This document shows, in pieces, positions 12,294 to 25,682 of a stretch of DNA of 64,000 bases (position 1 is the first letter of the stretch; every line of letters begins with the position of its first letter). The position numbers and the translations under genes were made by a program. This DNA comes from Paraphysomonas bandaiensis (Eukaryota; Protista; Chrysophyceae), in contig CBFFRP010000167.1 of NCBI GenBank assembly GCA_965644295.1, positions 104,691 through 168,690 on the forward strand, read 5' to 3'. The notes beneath the pieces are model-generated. The model worked only from the letters and a program-made list of their open reading frames with translations, did no database searches and had not been told where the DNA came from.

Positions 12294-15239
12294 TTATTTC
12301 TGTTTACGAGTGACATCACCGATTCTTCCCTGCAACAGTAGTGGTGCTAACTCTTTAATATATGCCCATGACCCAATAACGTGCCTGAAAAAGCATATGT
12401 AATTATCCACTATATAGCTGAATGGGCATACCTCCACGCAACAACTAGAAACCCGAAGAAAATAAAGAGGTAGATATTTTGGAAACCATCCTCAGCTCTC
12501 TGGACAGTATATTACTAAAACACCCAGACTACTTTATAATACCTCGCAAATATCAGTGGAACATGTCGAATCAACTATAACGGCGAGTATCCATGATAGA
12601 GTTGCAATAATTAAAGGAAGGGCAAAAAATTCCACATTGCGAAACGGATTGCGATACGCATTGCTGTCGAAATATCGTTTACGCTCCTTCTCGATATCAT
12701 CAAGCAGTTCGGTCCTAGAATCGAACATTATCATGGTTGTCTTCACAACGAGGAAAAATATTGCTACCTTTTGCGACCGATTGCAACTTCAGATCCCATT
12801 TCAGCAATCTCATTAAAAATACTCAGTGCACTTTGAAGAGATTCTTTGTGGATCACCTACAGCAGCACATGTGATATATCCTTCGAATATTTACAATTAC
12901 TGCTGACATTAAGATTACTCTCTTTCACGAAGTGCCCTTCGGGTCCTATGTGCAAGTTACAAGATTTCATTTCGAGTGGCAGTACATTTCTTACCCGCAA
13001 CTGCATCCATTGCGGATTTATAGGACTTGATAGCCATATCATAAGCGTTGCGATTATTAGCATCCGCAGTGGCCTCAAGCATTGTCATTGCCTTTAGGCA
13101 CAGCGTAAATTGAAATTATCTCATTACTACTAGTATACCTTTGGGAAACAGCTCCCATCGTGCTCAAACATTGCAGCATATGCTTTGATAAAATTAAGAA
13201 GTTCTGGGCCCGTAATGGAACTGTACAATCGTCGTAAAATACACGTATCATTAAATCTTCCCATACCGGTTATTTATTCTCTTGGGTTCTATAATCGTAT
13301 CGAAAATGAATCGAACATAATGGTTTAATAAACCTCTAAACGCGAATGAGAAACAGTGAAATAAAAATACGGATCGTCATAAGTAAATCCACCTGAAGGA
13401 TGCTTCAATCTTTTCAATGTCTCCAGCATAGTTCTTTTTAATAACATGAAATCCTTCAGCAACATTATTTATATCGTTTCCGTTTCGACATCAAACCTGG
13501 GTGCGGGAGAAGGAAACATCCTACTTTCTCAAAACACCTCGATATTTGGTCACGCGTACTCTGCTGGAACGATCAGCCACCCTAAATGATTGGGATAGAG
13601 AACTAAACCTGTAAATCGGATGCGCCCCTCGATTTTATGACACTATGCAAATATTCCATCATCTCTGAATGATAGGCTTTGAATACTTCATTCTAAAAGT
13701 GCAACAGTGTCACTTATAAACTACTAATTAAATAACCGACCTCAGATTTCCCCGACTCAAGTGCATCTTCCCAATCGGTGTCAAAGTTTTGCCAATCACG
13801 AACCAAAAATTCAATTCTACATAAATATCAAATTTCACGTACAAATGCAGGATAATACACCCAACCTTTGAAAAGGACTTTTAACAATGACATTGGTGTC
13901 AGGTTTCACATCTACTATATATGTGAAAACAAAGTACTATCAATAGAATAACTTACAACCTTCAGTTTCGTTTTCGGTATTGCAATCATCATGTACTTCC
14001 TAAAAGACCAACATTAGAATACGTATATACTACTAAGCACTAATTCGATATTGTATATTCATCTCAGTTCTCTGATCATTTCATATTCTCATTGTTAGAA
14101 AGCCACTAGCATTTGTACACAGCATATTGCAACAGCCAATACAACACAACCACAAATAGGCCGGTTTAAAACTAAACGAATATAAGGGCTACGAGGTATA
14201 ATGCTTTTACAATTGAGTACATGCGTGACAAAATGAAGGACGTATTCACCACAACGAATCAAATAAGATCAAGATACACATCATGGATGATGTATACATA
14301 CAACAACGACGTATCGTCACTACTTACATTAACAACATCATCGGCAGGTGTATCAGTGTTCTGCTCACCCAGTGCCATTCTGCCATACTCAGAAAAAAGA
14401 GCCAAATGCTGTAAGTTATCTTCCTGAATGCGCTTATCTACATTATAGATCTGGGGTCTGTTGATTAGTCGCGGAAGTTATGAGCTCACACAGGGTAGTA
14501 CCTGGTACGATGATATCATTGTACTCAAACCGAATATCTGCGCAGTCAATGTCATTGTAGTTTCATTGTCAAACATTCCTTGTGTATCCATCAGCAATAT
14601 TGCTATCTTTTCTGGATGACTCGACACTTTTCGAAGGAAAGGTTCTGACCACATCCAAATACCAGTGGTCTGTCTACTTTGTCCCCCGCACCAAGCAAAC
14701 CCTTTCAGATCACCCGTCCCTTCTTCTGGACTGGATTTTTTTTCGTTTACATTTCCTTCGCGGAGTGCATCACCTATATCATACAATTCAATACTTGATT
14801 TGTAATCTCACAGGTCACACACCACTAGCAGTCATCCACGCTGTCGACAAATCGTCCGAAGAGCCATGGCGGAGGTAGCGAAGAAAAAATGTCAATCTGT
14901 GTAAAGGTAATGAAATTATTTTTGTACTAAATGATAGCTACAATGTCACTCACAGAAAAGACTTGCCACTGCGGAAGGCCCCAACAACCGAAAGAATCGC
15001 TACTTTTGTGCCAGCGGGAATCTATAAGCCCATCACATGTCGCAGTTAATATATATTTATATCGGCACCTTATTAAGGATGCGTTCAATGTTATCTTCTA
15101 GTAATATGAATTCATTTTTATCCTCGTCTTCTCCAGTGGATACAATCTAAAGCACATGATTCAATCCATGAGGTACAGTGTGTATATATACAGATAGAAT
15201 GAACCGAACCTGAAGCGGTTGTCCTTCATCGCTGTCCAT
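12294..15239 (-). CDS. ATL: Atlastin-like GTPase (ER fusion), many exons
   Basis: Exons encode SVVGAFRSGKSF (P-loop), GFAWCGGQSRQTTGIWMWSEPF, LLMDTQGMFD, FLVRDW, CFLLPHPG and two C-terminal TM segments. Confidence 0.9.
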
Positions 15240-15727
15240 TATTAACACTATCTAGATTTACTCCCTTTAATCACTACAATTCTCACTTTAATGGCGCTTA
15301 TTCAGTATGCGACCTGCAACTAATCTGCTGGGTTGGTTATGTAGCTACGGTATGGTATGGTACACAGGCTCACAGCACTACACGATCACTCATAGGAAAA
15401 CACGCCCCTCATCGGTCAATAATAGTACACAAATACGTGTATATACAGAACAATACAGCAGATTCACAGCGTATTCTTGTATTCTTCAATAGACCTATAC
15501 GTACGAACCGGGTATGTGTAGCTGTGGTATACGGGATTATACGTATGGAGTGGTATGTATGGGATATTGCGTACTGTTTTTTATTGATTGGCGATGAGAC
15601 TGAGGAGAATGAGTGGTTGCGCATCGTAGTGGATGCATATCACAGTCTCGTGCACACGGCATCTAAAGTGCAAAGAGACTCACAATCCAAATACCAGATA
15701 TTAGTATTTCAATAAACTATTTTAGAA

Positions 15728-16340
15728 ATGGATCTTTGTTTCGACGAGCTTGCTGTGGCACTGAGGTTATAAAATGCGATTGTTTGTGAAGTCTGGGGCT
15801 TAAAATTTATTTTGCAGGTATATCGCTGATGTGGAACTCGCAGCAGCACCTGATGCTACTCAGAAGAAGGCATCTGCCCCAGCACAGCCTAGTAAACCAG
15901 CAGCCAAAGCTGATGATTTCGATGATATGTTTGGCGATGATGATGATGAGACCGAAGAGGAGAAGGCAGCTAACAAAGCAAGACAAGAGCGTATGGCTCT
16001 TGCCAAAAAACTGAAGGAGGAAAAGGATGCCAAGGAAGGAAAAGTAAAGAAAAATAAGCCAAAGCCCGTGGAAAAGTCTCTTATTGTTCTAGACGTTAAG
16101 CCTTGGGAGGCCGACTGCGACCTTGAGGCTGTTTGGAAGGAGATCATCAAGTATGAACAAGAGGGACTTCAGTGGGGTGCCACTTTTAAACTCGAGCCTG
16201 TGGCTTTTGGAATCAAAAAGCTTGTTCTCACCTGTACTATAGTTGATAGTCTGGTGCTGTTAGATGATGTGACCGATAATATTGAGGCGATGGAGGATTA
16301 TGTGCAGAGTGTCACTGTTGCTTCAATGAACAAAATATAA
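15728..16340 (+). CDS. EEF1B: Translation elongation factor 1-beta/delta (EF-1B), 2 exons
   Basis: Exon 1 MDLCFDELAVALR, intron 15766-15817; acidic linker DDFDDMFGDDDDE; GEF domain KSLIVLDVKPWE...EPVAFGIKKL...VQSVTVASMNKI. Confidence 0.93.
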
Positions 16341-17196
16341 TTTGGTTGCAAGCTTATCGTCAACGAAACAGCACAAAATGATGCTCTTATCTTGTTGTCC
16401 ATTTAATAATTGAGAGTCGATTGAAAATTTTGTGTATTTTTGTCAATTTTGGATCACTGTGAAGCTCGTGTGTTTGTTGTACGTAGTATTCTTAGTTTCT
16501 CAGATAGAACTTCTTTGTATTTACAAAGCACTACCGTACGCTATGTATACTTTTAGGATGATAATTGGAGGTATTGTGGCTAATACTTCCTTTCTCAAGT
16601 ATTATTCAGCGTAGCTTTATGCGTGCTTAGCGGAACAAATTTCGCAGTCATGCGTGCGCATGCACGGTTAATCAAGTTGCTTCTCATTGATTTCGGTTTA
16701 CTTCACTCTATTCTACGGATTAAGTTAAATGGATAAGTTACTTTCAATATATATCATAAAACAAAGTTGATGTGCCACTTGTCTGTCTGAAGATTTAATG
16801 AAGCTGTCGTTTGTCATTTTCTTCATTAGGAAAAAAAATGACCCATTGTTCTATTACCTACATCACTAAACTAGAAGCAACATCGTATGTACTATATGGG
16901 ATGCATAGAAACATCCTTCCCTATTAACTTCACGGAAATGACATTTGACAGAACTACTACACAACTACGGATGGGATTCATCCCGTTTGACATCTAGAAA
17001 ACATATAGTATTCAAATCAGCATACACCGCTATGATTAGTTAAATAAAGCCATGAATGCAAAGAAGCTTGCCTAATTCTAGACATTATCAGATTATTTCG
17101 CACTTAGTGATTATCAGCAACATACTGTACACAATAGAGATATTGTAGGCAGTTGACAAGGATATGTGGCGATTTTCATGGTCGTCGGACGAAAAT

Positions 17197-18303
17197 TTAA
17201 GAAGGAGGATATCCACCAATATCGATGCCAAACTTATCCAATACTTTGTTCGTAAGAAGAATTAGTGTGTACTGCAAGTTGTTTTGAAGTGAGAGGGAAA
17301 TGTTGACTTCGCGAATAGGCACCCCAATGCTGAGCCCTTCATAATTTTTTATAGTGTGCCACTCCCAGTCAGGGTTGTAGAGTAGATCACCGGCAATAAC
17401 ATCAGAGTATCGCAGAGGAATATGATCGTGAAGCTCAGCCATGTTGCGATTTCCGGTTTGCATATTGACTTTTCCTCCTCGCAGAGGGTACATTTGTGAG
17501 CTGTATTTGGGATCCATGAAATACCATCTCTTGCGTCCTGTCACTTGAGCGAACCAATTATTTCCACCAGCACAATGCCAGCCAGTGCCAGTAGTAGCAT
17601 CACTGTCATTTGAGCCACGTCCCACAACAAGCTGAGAGCCGAAGAACGATTTGTGATTCGGTCCTCCGAATCCCGGCCAAATTCTGTCGAGATCCAAATC
17701 TTCGCGAACAACTTGATTAATTCGCTTGCGCAACTCTTTCGCAGAACCGACATCAGAATGGTTGAAATTAGAACGCGACTCTACAGGGAAAAATAGATAC
17801 TTCTTAGAGTCTTCCTGCTCCACAATTTCAGTGTACGCAGTGCGAAAAGGTAGCAGCTCACGCTCATTCTGAAGTGTTCCATAAGTAGCCTTAGATACCA
17901 CCGGGATAATGAATTCCCCAATTCTAGACGACAAATATTCTGGATCGGTCCATCTTTTCTCCGCATTGCTCCCGATAAAAAGACCACGAACAATGGCCGG
18001 GTAACGAAAATTCTCCGTAGCAGTTCTCAAAGACTCGAATGAGTAATCTTTGGCATCAATAATAGGGATCTGAATAGGGGCCCTCTTGATTGATCTATCA
18101 ATATTATTGAACTGATTCCAAAAACTTCTCGCTTCCTCCCGATAGGATGTGAACAACAGAGCATTAGGGATGATATGGAGCAAGGAGTCCCCCGCCTGGC
18201 GAGTGCGTAGAATGGGAATCATGACAATAGCAGCCACGAGAGGGACGATGACAAACGTCATCAACGCCGAACAAACTGAACGTTTCTTTGCACGACTAGA
18301 CAT
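17197..18303 (-). CDS. JmjC/cupin-8 Fe(II)/2OG oxygenase-like protein with N-terminal signal anchor
   Basis: Single exon; PAIVRGL, GTGWHCAGGNNWFAQVTGRKRW, GDLLYNPDWEWHTIKN. Confidence 0.8.
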   Translation of the reverse strand: MSSRAKKRSVCSALMTFVIVPLVAAIVMIPILRTRQAGDSLLHIIPNALLFTSYREEARSFWNQFNNIDRSIKRAPIQIPIIDAKDYSFESLRTATENFRYPAIVRGLFIGSNAEKRWTDPEYLSSRIGEFIIPVVSKATYGTLQNERELLPFRTAYTEIVEQEDSKKYLFFPVESRSNFNHSDVGSAKELRKRINQVVREDLDLDRIWPGFGGPNHKSFFGSQLVVGRGSNDSDATTGTGWHCAGGNNWFAQVTGRKRWYFMDPKYSSQMYPLRGGKVNMQTGNRNMAELHDHIPLRYSDVIAGDLLYNPDWEWHTIKNYEGLSIGVPIREVNISLSLQNNLQYTLILLTNKVLDKFGIDIGGYPPS

Positions 18304-18889
18304 TGCAATATTCCAATATAGCCACACAGGTTAAAAATAAGTCAGTGCGGAGATGATATAAATATATGGGTCCACATGTGCATGTATTTGATGCACAGAA
18401 TACGCCTATAGAGAGTTGAAGCAACGTGCAATGAAGTGCATATGGATGATGCTGTGGGTGGTGGTCGAGAGCCTGCCTGTATCTATAATACAACTACAGC
18501 ATCTGTATTCTGTGTATATGTGCTGTATACACTAGACAGTAGGTCTATACCAAGTTAAGAGAAGAATGGCATTTTTTTAACTGTCGGGAAGGCATAAATC
18601 TGGATTTATTGCATATATTGGAGTTTTTTGTCCTCCTTTAGGTTATAAATACACGATTCCTTTCTGGAACTGTGCAGCATAATAAGACAATATGGCAGTT
18701 CGGCAGTATGGTATGCATTACGTAGAGGAGTATTAACTTTAACCCACTGGAAGGACGCTCATCAATCCCTCAATTTTGTTTATAACTTTCTGTTGATTTG
18801 CTGCTTATATTTGATATATTTGTTGCGATTCTAACAGTTTCCATCAACACAAGCAGTCCTGTTATTGGCAAATAGCTCTCGCCATTCAT

Positions 18890-19161
18890 ATGATAGAAGT
18901 CGTATGTAACGATCGTCTCGGTAAAAAAGTCAGAGTCAAATGTAACGAAGACGATACCATAGGAGACTTAAAGAAATTAATAGCTGCTCAGGTAAATATT
19001 AGATACATTTCACTACGAGTTGTGACATCAGTCTTTGTAAGGTTGGAACACGACCCGAAAAAATCCGAATTCAGAAGTGGTACACAATATATAAAGACCA
19101 TATTACACTGGAGGATTATGAGATTCACGATGGTATGGGTTTGGAATTGTATTATAATTAG
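18890..19161 (+). CDS. UBL5: Ubiquitin-like protein 5 (Hub1), 2 exons
   Basis: [34 protein letters not shown], intron 18992-19041, [39 protein letters not shown]. Confidence 0.97.
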
Positions 19162-19419
19162 GCTATCGCAGTGTTTGCCGTTTCTGAGAATGAGTGGTTT
19201 CGCGTTCATGTCCTTCTGCAGAGAAGTATTGGGTTGATAGTCATATAGTTTAAAATGAAATTCATGAACAGCACAGAAGTAATTTATAAATCAATGAATT
19301 GCTTCAACATACGTGATATAGCCTTAATCGAATAGTGTGGTAATTTTGGGTCACGTGCATACTACTTGTAGAGTTTGACATTCGTAACATTCGTAAATCT
19401 ATTCTTACTCCACGACATC

Positions 19420-20520
19420 GCCTATACTAGAGACAAAACATTGTTTATATCAAAATTCTGCATGGCGTATGTCCAATAGTTGTGTTGGTTGAAATAAGCC
19501 CTACATGCATTTATGCATTTTATTATGGTCTCGGCACCAAGCAAAATATAAGCATCATTTCTGATGAGTAGCGCAAGCAACCTGAAGCACTTAAACCAAT
19601 GGATAACACGCAGCAAAAAATCACGACGGTCATCAAAGCACAACAATTCCATGGGTCAAGAGGGGTTTGGACAGCAAAAGGGTTAGAAACGCCCACAAAC
19701 ACTTCCCTCCAACAACACCTCAAGTTGAGAAGCCGGAATATCTCTTACATCCGAGATAACGAAAGTAGAACTGCAAGGTACTTCACGACTTATTCATCAA
19801 CATCAACGAAGTAGGCATATAATATTTGTCTATCATCGCTGAGAAAAGAGAAATGTCATCATCCAAGTGCACTATACGGGGGGCGGATGCGGTGGTTTCT
19901 GGAAGGTGGAGATGCATAAAATTAACAGAGACCGAGAAAACTGCACGAGATTATCTAAACGCTAACATCAGGTGCTGAGAATATAAAGTTACTCACACTT
20001 CGCGTAATAGTTATAATTAATAATCTAAATTAAAGTTTTTCAAAACGTGAATTCGGATATTCAAACACGAATGGATTCGAAGATGGCTATAATGTAGGAC
20101 ATTTTACACATATAGTGCTAGGACTTGGCGCAAAAGTCTGTCGGAACCCTCAACAAAGCCGGACTTTCATCTTTTCGTGGTGTTCTTTGAGGGACAAGTA
20201 CCGGAGATATTTCTCCGGGAAACTAACGTGCGCCGCATATATCGCTCTATCACTCATACCTGAATGCTTGTGCGGTACAATAAGTGTCTTTTGTGTACGT
20301 CTTTGAGCCTTGTCGAATAAACAGGCGTCTGAGAATGAACCCACCTCATGGGGCTTCCGGGGTATTGGGCTGCCTGCTGAAGTCAATCATCCGGGATGTC
20401 CACCATAAGGACTCAAAAGTCCTGAAGTCAGCAGATGTCAAGTATATCAATATTCTGCTTGTTCACTGCGTTTGCTTTGAAAGTGATTGCACCTTGGTGC
20501 TTGTGGTGACGCACAAGTAG
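19420..20520 (-). pseudogene. Degenerate dispersed coding element with stops and frameshifts, related to 24120-24410 and 37600-37950
   Basis: 20150-20520 aligns by eye with 37600-37950 (IYLT.ADFR, LQQAAQ.P, EVG.F, VSFPEK). 19480-19535 resembles 24125-24177 (AETII, RAYFNQ). Confidence 0.5.
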
Positions 20521-21504
20521 TTTTCTTAGACATTCGGAAATAGTAGGATATCAGAGTTAAGGACTAGTTAGTTAATTTGAAATTCTATATTAGTTCTGAC
20601 TCTTAAATAAATGCCTCTTGCTAATAATAAGGAATTCACTACTGGTCTTCAAGAGTCACAAAAAATGTACTATATTATAGCGTATAAGCATTAAGAGTTT
20701 GTGGAGTTTTGAGTTATACCTAAAGTTGAGCAATGAAATGCTGTGGTCAATGGATTCTTGATTTGCTGTAGTCTGTAGTCCAGAGATAAAGACTGTATTA
20801 TAAAAATATTTCACGAAATATATTAACTAAGCGAAGAATAGTGACTGTATTAGGTCATGACTGTCAGCGATTATATACTATTGATTAAGAGTAGCGAAGC
20901 CAAACCACGTAATAAAGCTTCTTGCTTCTAGGATCAAAACGTATAATTCTGGTCTAGTAGTTCCCCATACAGCCGAATTCGGTTGTATCAGCTGAACGCT
21001 TTACATCCATATAGTAGTCTTCAGTCAGAGCAGCTATGATATCCCAGATTGTTGACCGAGGGCGGCAGTTCAACGATATCACCTTCCTTTTAGCTTGCCT
21101 TCTATATCCTCATTCGTACATATTTCGACAAGTATTCTCTATCGTTAACTTTAACCCTCTGGGAATCAGTCACCAAAGTTTTTCTCTGTTATGAGCTCTA
21201 CCATTGTATGTGACCTTGGTTTATAGCCATTTAGGGCATTATAAATTTGCTTGAATTTAAGGTTCTAAACAAAATATTGGACACCGCACAAGGTAGCACA
21301 CAAAGAATATTTAAAACTGGGTACAATGTAAAGCAACTAGGATTAATTATAAGGTGTAAACCTTATGAGGTTACAAATTTACGACTCCACCATTACATAT
21401 ATAGTATTCTGCATAGTAAAACATCATGTTACTGTATTGAACTCACCACTAAACATATATCACAGGGTGAGTGCAGAAATAAAGTATAAGAACCTCCTGT
21501 GCAC

Positions 21505-23503
21505 TTACTTCCGCATGCACTGGTCAAGCTCTAACATCATAATCTCGGAACCCGCAATTCCTTCAGATAATGTTGTCATATCATTTGCTAACAGACCGAC
21601 CTGCATATCCAAGGACGCCTGGTCATTGGACATATCCACAAGCCCATCCCACATATCTGTCATTAGGGACATTTGGTTTGTCATCATATCTGCCATTATT
21701 TCCGCCGTCTGCATCATAACATTAACCATTTCCGAAAATTCTCCGAAAGGGTTTGTTCCGTTGGTGTGCGAACTCTGGAAAGCAGTGAGCTTATCCAATA
21801 GAGATAAAAATTGTTTTCTTCGCTCCTGTACAATATCGCGTCTCTACAAATGTTTGTTAACAAAAAAGTTACATTGAGTATTACTTGTACTCACAGATAG
21901 AAGTCGGGTATTGCCAGACTTATGGTGATGCCGCCTGTACAGCTCAATGCTATTTTCACAGCTTTCACTGCGTACATCGCCAAACCACGAACCTAATCGC
22001 TCATACGATGGCCTCCAGGTGCCACCATCTGTCAATAGAGCAGGGCAAAATTCCGACACCAAGTCCAATCCCTGCTCAATGAACACCACAATACACTCAG
22101 ACATGTCTCCAATTGCATATCCCATTTGTATTATATACTCCTCTGTTTGCACAATATCGCCGGCCAGCTTGCCAATTTCGTCGATACAGTCTTCACATAT
22201 TTCAGTCATTATATCAGCTCCATCCCCCATTGTCAAGATCATTTGGGCCATTATGTCAGCACATACCTCCGCAGCACAGCAGAAGGGGTCCCACCACGTG
22301 TCACACGGCATCCACCCGTCATCATCTTGTTCATCATAACCTTTTTCGGTCTGCCTGCTCCCTCGCAAACCCACGCTATGACTTCCACTACTCTCGGGAA
22401 TTTTGCTGTTGTCGTTCTGTGATGACATGTAAACATTTCGTCGACCCTGCAGAGTGCTGTAGTGCCTCAATACTCGCGCCAAACCCTCCGTAAGATGTGC
22501 GGATGTAATCTGCAGCTTGGACCTGATAGAGCGCACATCGAGAGGTTCACCTTTCGCTGCCACATCAGGAAAAGAACAATGGGAAAGCAAGTCATCATCC
22601 AATTCGTCCTTTCCTGCCCTCGATAGTTTCTTTATATATACGTTATTATTTCTATCATTTCTGTTGCCAACTTGTGGTCTATATGTGTCTCCATGTCGAC
22701 AACAAGAGGTTGCCATATCAGCCATCAGCTCTTCTGTGATAACAATTTCGTCTGCCATGTACCCTATCTATAAACAAAATAACAATATGTTTCAAAATAG
22801 CAATAACAATGGGTTTATTCACGCGATCAGGCAACAACTGATCACCTGATAACTCATGTTTACGATGAGACATTCCGTGTCGACTATTCGGTCGCCCATG
22901 TCTTGAATTGCTGCATCCTGATAGAGAAATATAAATCAAAACTTCTACATACCACACAATACAAACCATGTAGGACAAAATTTCCAGAAAGTCATCATTA
23001 AATACTTCAAACGTTTCGATGCATGCATCCATCACAACTATTAATTCATCCATGGCTGAGCATCGGTCGAAGCGAACATCTACAAAAGCATTGTCACCCC
23101 AGACAGATTCATAGACCACTACACTCTTGTTGGCATTAGTTGAATGAATAATATTCTGACGAAACTCTTTGTCTCTGCGAATATCATCATTACAGTCACA
23201 GGATTCAATTAAATCGATGAGTATTTCTTCAGTTTCCACTATACGGTCTGCCATATCAAGTATCAACCCCGCCTCCTCTATAATAAGACTCTCCGTGTAC
23301 ACTATGCGATCAGAAAATGAACTAATGGAGTCAATCATTTCTTGTTCGAGATCTATCCACCCCTCCTCACAGTGCTGCATGGTGTCTATCATCACGTTAC
23401 ACTCATCAATGAACTTGTCCATCTCTTCCATTGGAGTATCACAAAGCGCATATTCAAGCACACCAAGTGTCACCATTACGGCGACACAGATAATACCCCT
23501 CAT
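21505..23503 (-). CDS. Secreted protein with four acidic, Met/Cys-rich helical repeats (4 exons)
   Basis: Signal peptide MRGIICVAVMVTLGVLEYALC. Three GT-AG introns join ORFs 22718..23503, 21844..22758 and 21505..21798. Recurring motif [MF][AGS]D[RE]IVxTE. Confidence 0.8.
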
Positions 23504-24980
23504 GGTTGTTTGAGGGTCAAGTGAGGTGATTCAATTCCGTGTAGAATGGACTGCTCTGTACAGGCAGTACCGCACTGTATACGTATACCGTACTGGCATC
23601 TACTACAAGAATACTGCTGTACATATAGGAGGATGGCCATGCCATGCATCTTAGCGTGTCCAGTGCACATCCATATCGCATAGAGATGCATATCTAGATA
23701 TGCAGTACTCGTATATGTTTATTTTACCTGCCGATACTCATAGGATACAACACATACACTGCTATCTGTGTGGTAGCATAAGGGATCCATGCTCAGCCGC
23801 AACTATCATCTCCACTCTGATAAGATAAACAAGCCAGCATGACTTAAATACCAGAGTGGGAATGAAACCTGGTCATAACGGTAGCAAAGGGGGTGGAAGA
23901 AATCTCTATTATGGTTCCATGCAATCGAACGGAAATACCTTTAATTACCGGCCATAAGTGTGAATGATGACACATGATAATGTTTATTAACATGCTCAGA
24001 TGCTTTGTTGAAATCACACGTTATGGATTAATTCCCAGATACTCTGAGTGCTTCTGTGAATGGCAGCGAATAAAGGCAAATGCCGATACGTTACTGGCCC
24101 ATTCCGAGAGTGTATTCTTGTACAGCAGTTGGGTTGATTGAAATAAGCCCTACCTATGTTGTATTATAGTCTCAGCGCATTCTTTGTGTGTGGCGTCAAG
24201 CATGATCTAACTAAACCGAAACTATAATTCGTGGCCACACACGATTACGAGAATCCCTGCGTATTCTGTGGGGTGGGGTTGTCCAACCAATGCCGTGCTA
24301 GGTCTGTACAGGGTCATGAGTGGTCATGGAAAGCCCCGCGTATTTTTTGTAAAGGTTAACATGGGTGTGGGCGGTAGGTGCCTCTCTCAGAATCCATTCA
24401 CGTTTCATTTTGGGATGTAAAGATGTAGAAGTGAATTTAGAAGATTATCGTATTTACAAGATACTGATAGTCTGCAATGCATTGAGTAATCTTAATTAAA
24501 AATGCATCAGTGGTATAAACACAATTCAGACTGACAATACTACTCTGCAGTATAGTATACAGTACCATATTGAGTTGGACACTAGAACTCATTGTGTAGC
24601 TACTTGATAAGGTTGGGTCAACTCTCACACAAACGGAATCAAAGCCAAACTAGAGTATGTACGTTTTATATCACAGTGTATGTTTGACGAGCAGAGTAGC
24701 TATCACAATTCTCCACTCTAACACTGCCAACACTTGATGACCAACCAGAGCGTTGCCCCCCAGTTAGTACTTCATACTTCATATACTAGTCCCAGAAATA
24801 CTACTCTTTTCCTACATCTAATATACCCAAGACAGTCCCATAGCAGATTCTAGATAAGAATATGAACTCCAATTTTATATTTACTCGCTTTTGTAACAAT
24901 GTCATCGCCAATTAACACAGGCAACATGTCGTGTCACTCCCAAACGAGTAGGCACGCAATAACGCACGGGCTCCCACAGT

Positions 24981-25682
24981 TTACTTACCTAGGGAAAACA
25001 TGCGAGGTAAAATATTTCGTCCTTTCAGAGCATACTACAAAGAGATTATTCGTGACTCAGAGATAATTTAAAATCCACGTACCTGATAGGCAACAGCTCC
25101 AACGTGTACAGGAACCAAAAACTGCCCATAATAACCCACAAGCTTGTGGTACTTGTGCGCCGGCTTTGCAATAGAGCCATCGGCTTTCGCTGGGCCCTTA
25201 ATTGTTGTAAAAAAGAAAGGCAGCCCTTTCCCAGAATAGTATCCCATCAAAACACCAGACACAGGCATAAAAATCATAAATCCGTACAGCAGGGTGTGCG
25301 TCACATTGGCGGTAAATATTTCCCACGCTTCTCCGGGAACATGTGGGGGAATTTTGGATAGTGCCCGTGATGCCAAGCGCGGTACAAGTAACATACATGC
25401 CAATGTACCACATGACTTGTGATAAAACATCATGTCACCTTTCAACTTTTTATCCTTCGTATTCTGAAACACTTGCATGCATCCAATACTACGCCGCATT
25501 AATACGATATAAAGTATGGAAATATACACTTACCAACCGATAACAGCTCCAGCCATGGCCCAATGAGTGATCTGCATGGATGTAGAGTAGGACTCAACAT
25601 TTTCACTCGCTTTAGTTGAAAATAATTTTCTCAATTGATGAAATCTTTGCTTTGAAAGCGATGTCTTCAGAAAACCAAACAT
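24981..25682 (-). CDS. Bacterial-type cytochrome b561 (CybB/YceJ family) with putative mitochondrial presequence, 3 exons
   Basis: YSTSMQITHW, MFYHKSCG, HTLLYGFMIFMPVSG, HKYH, VHVGAV...ILPRM heme-ligand pattern. N-terminus MFGFLKTSLSKQRFHQLRKLFST is basic and lacks acidic residues. Confidence 0.85.
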
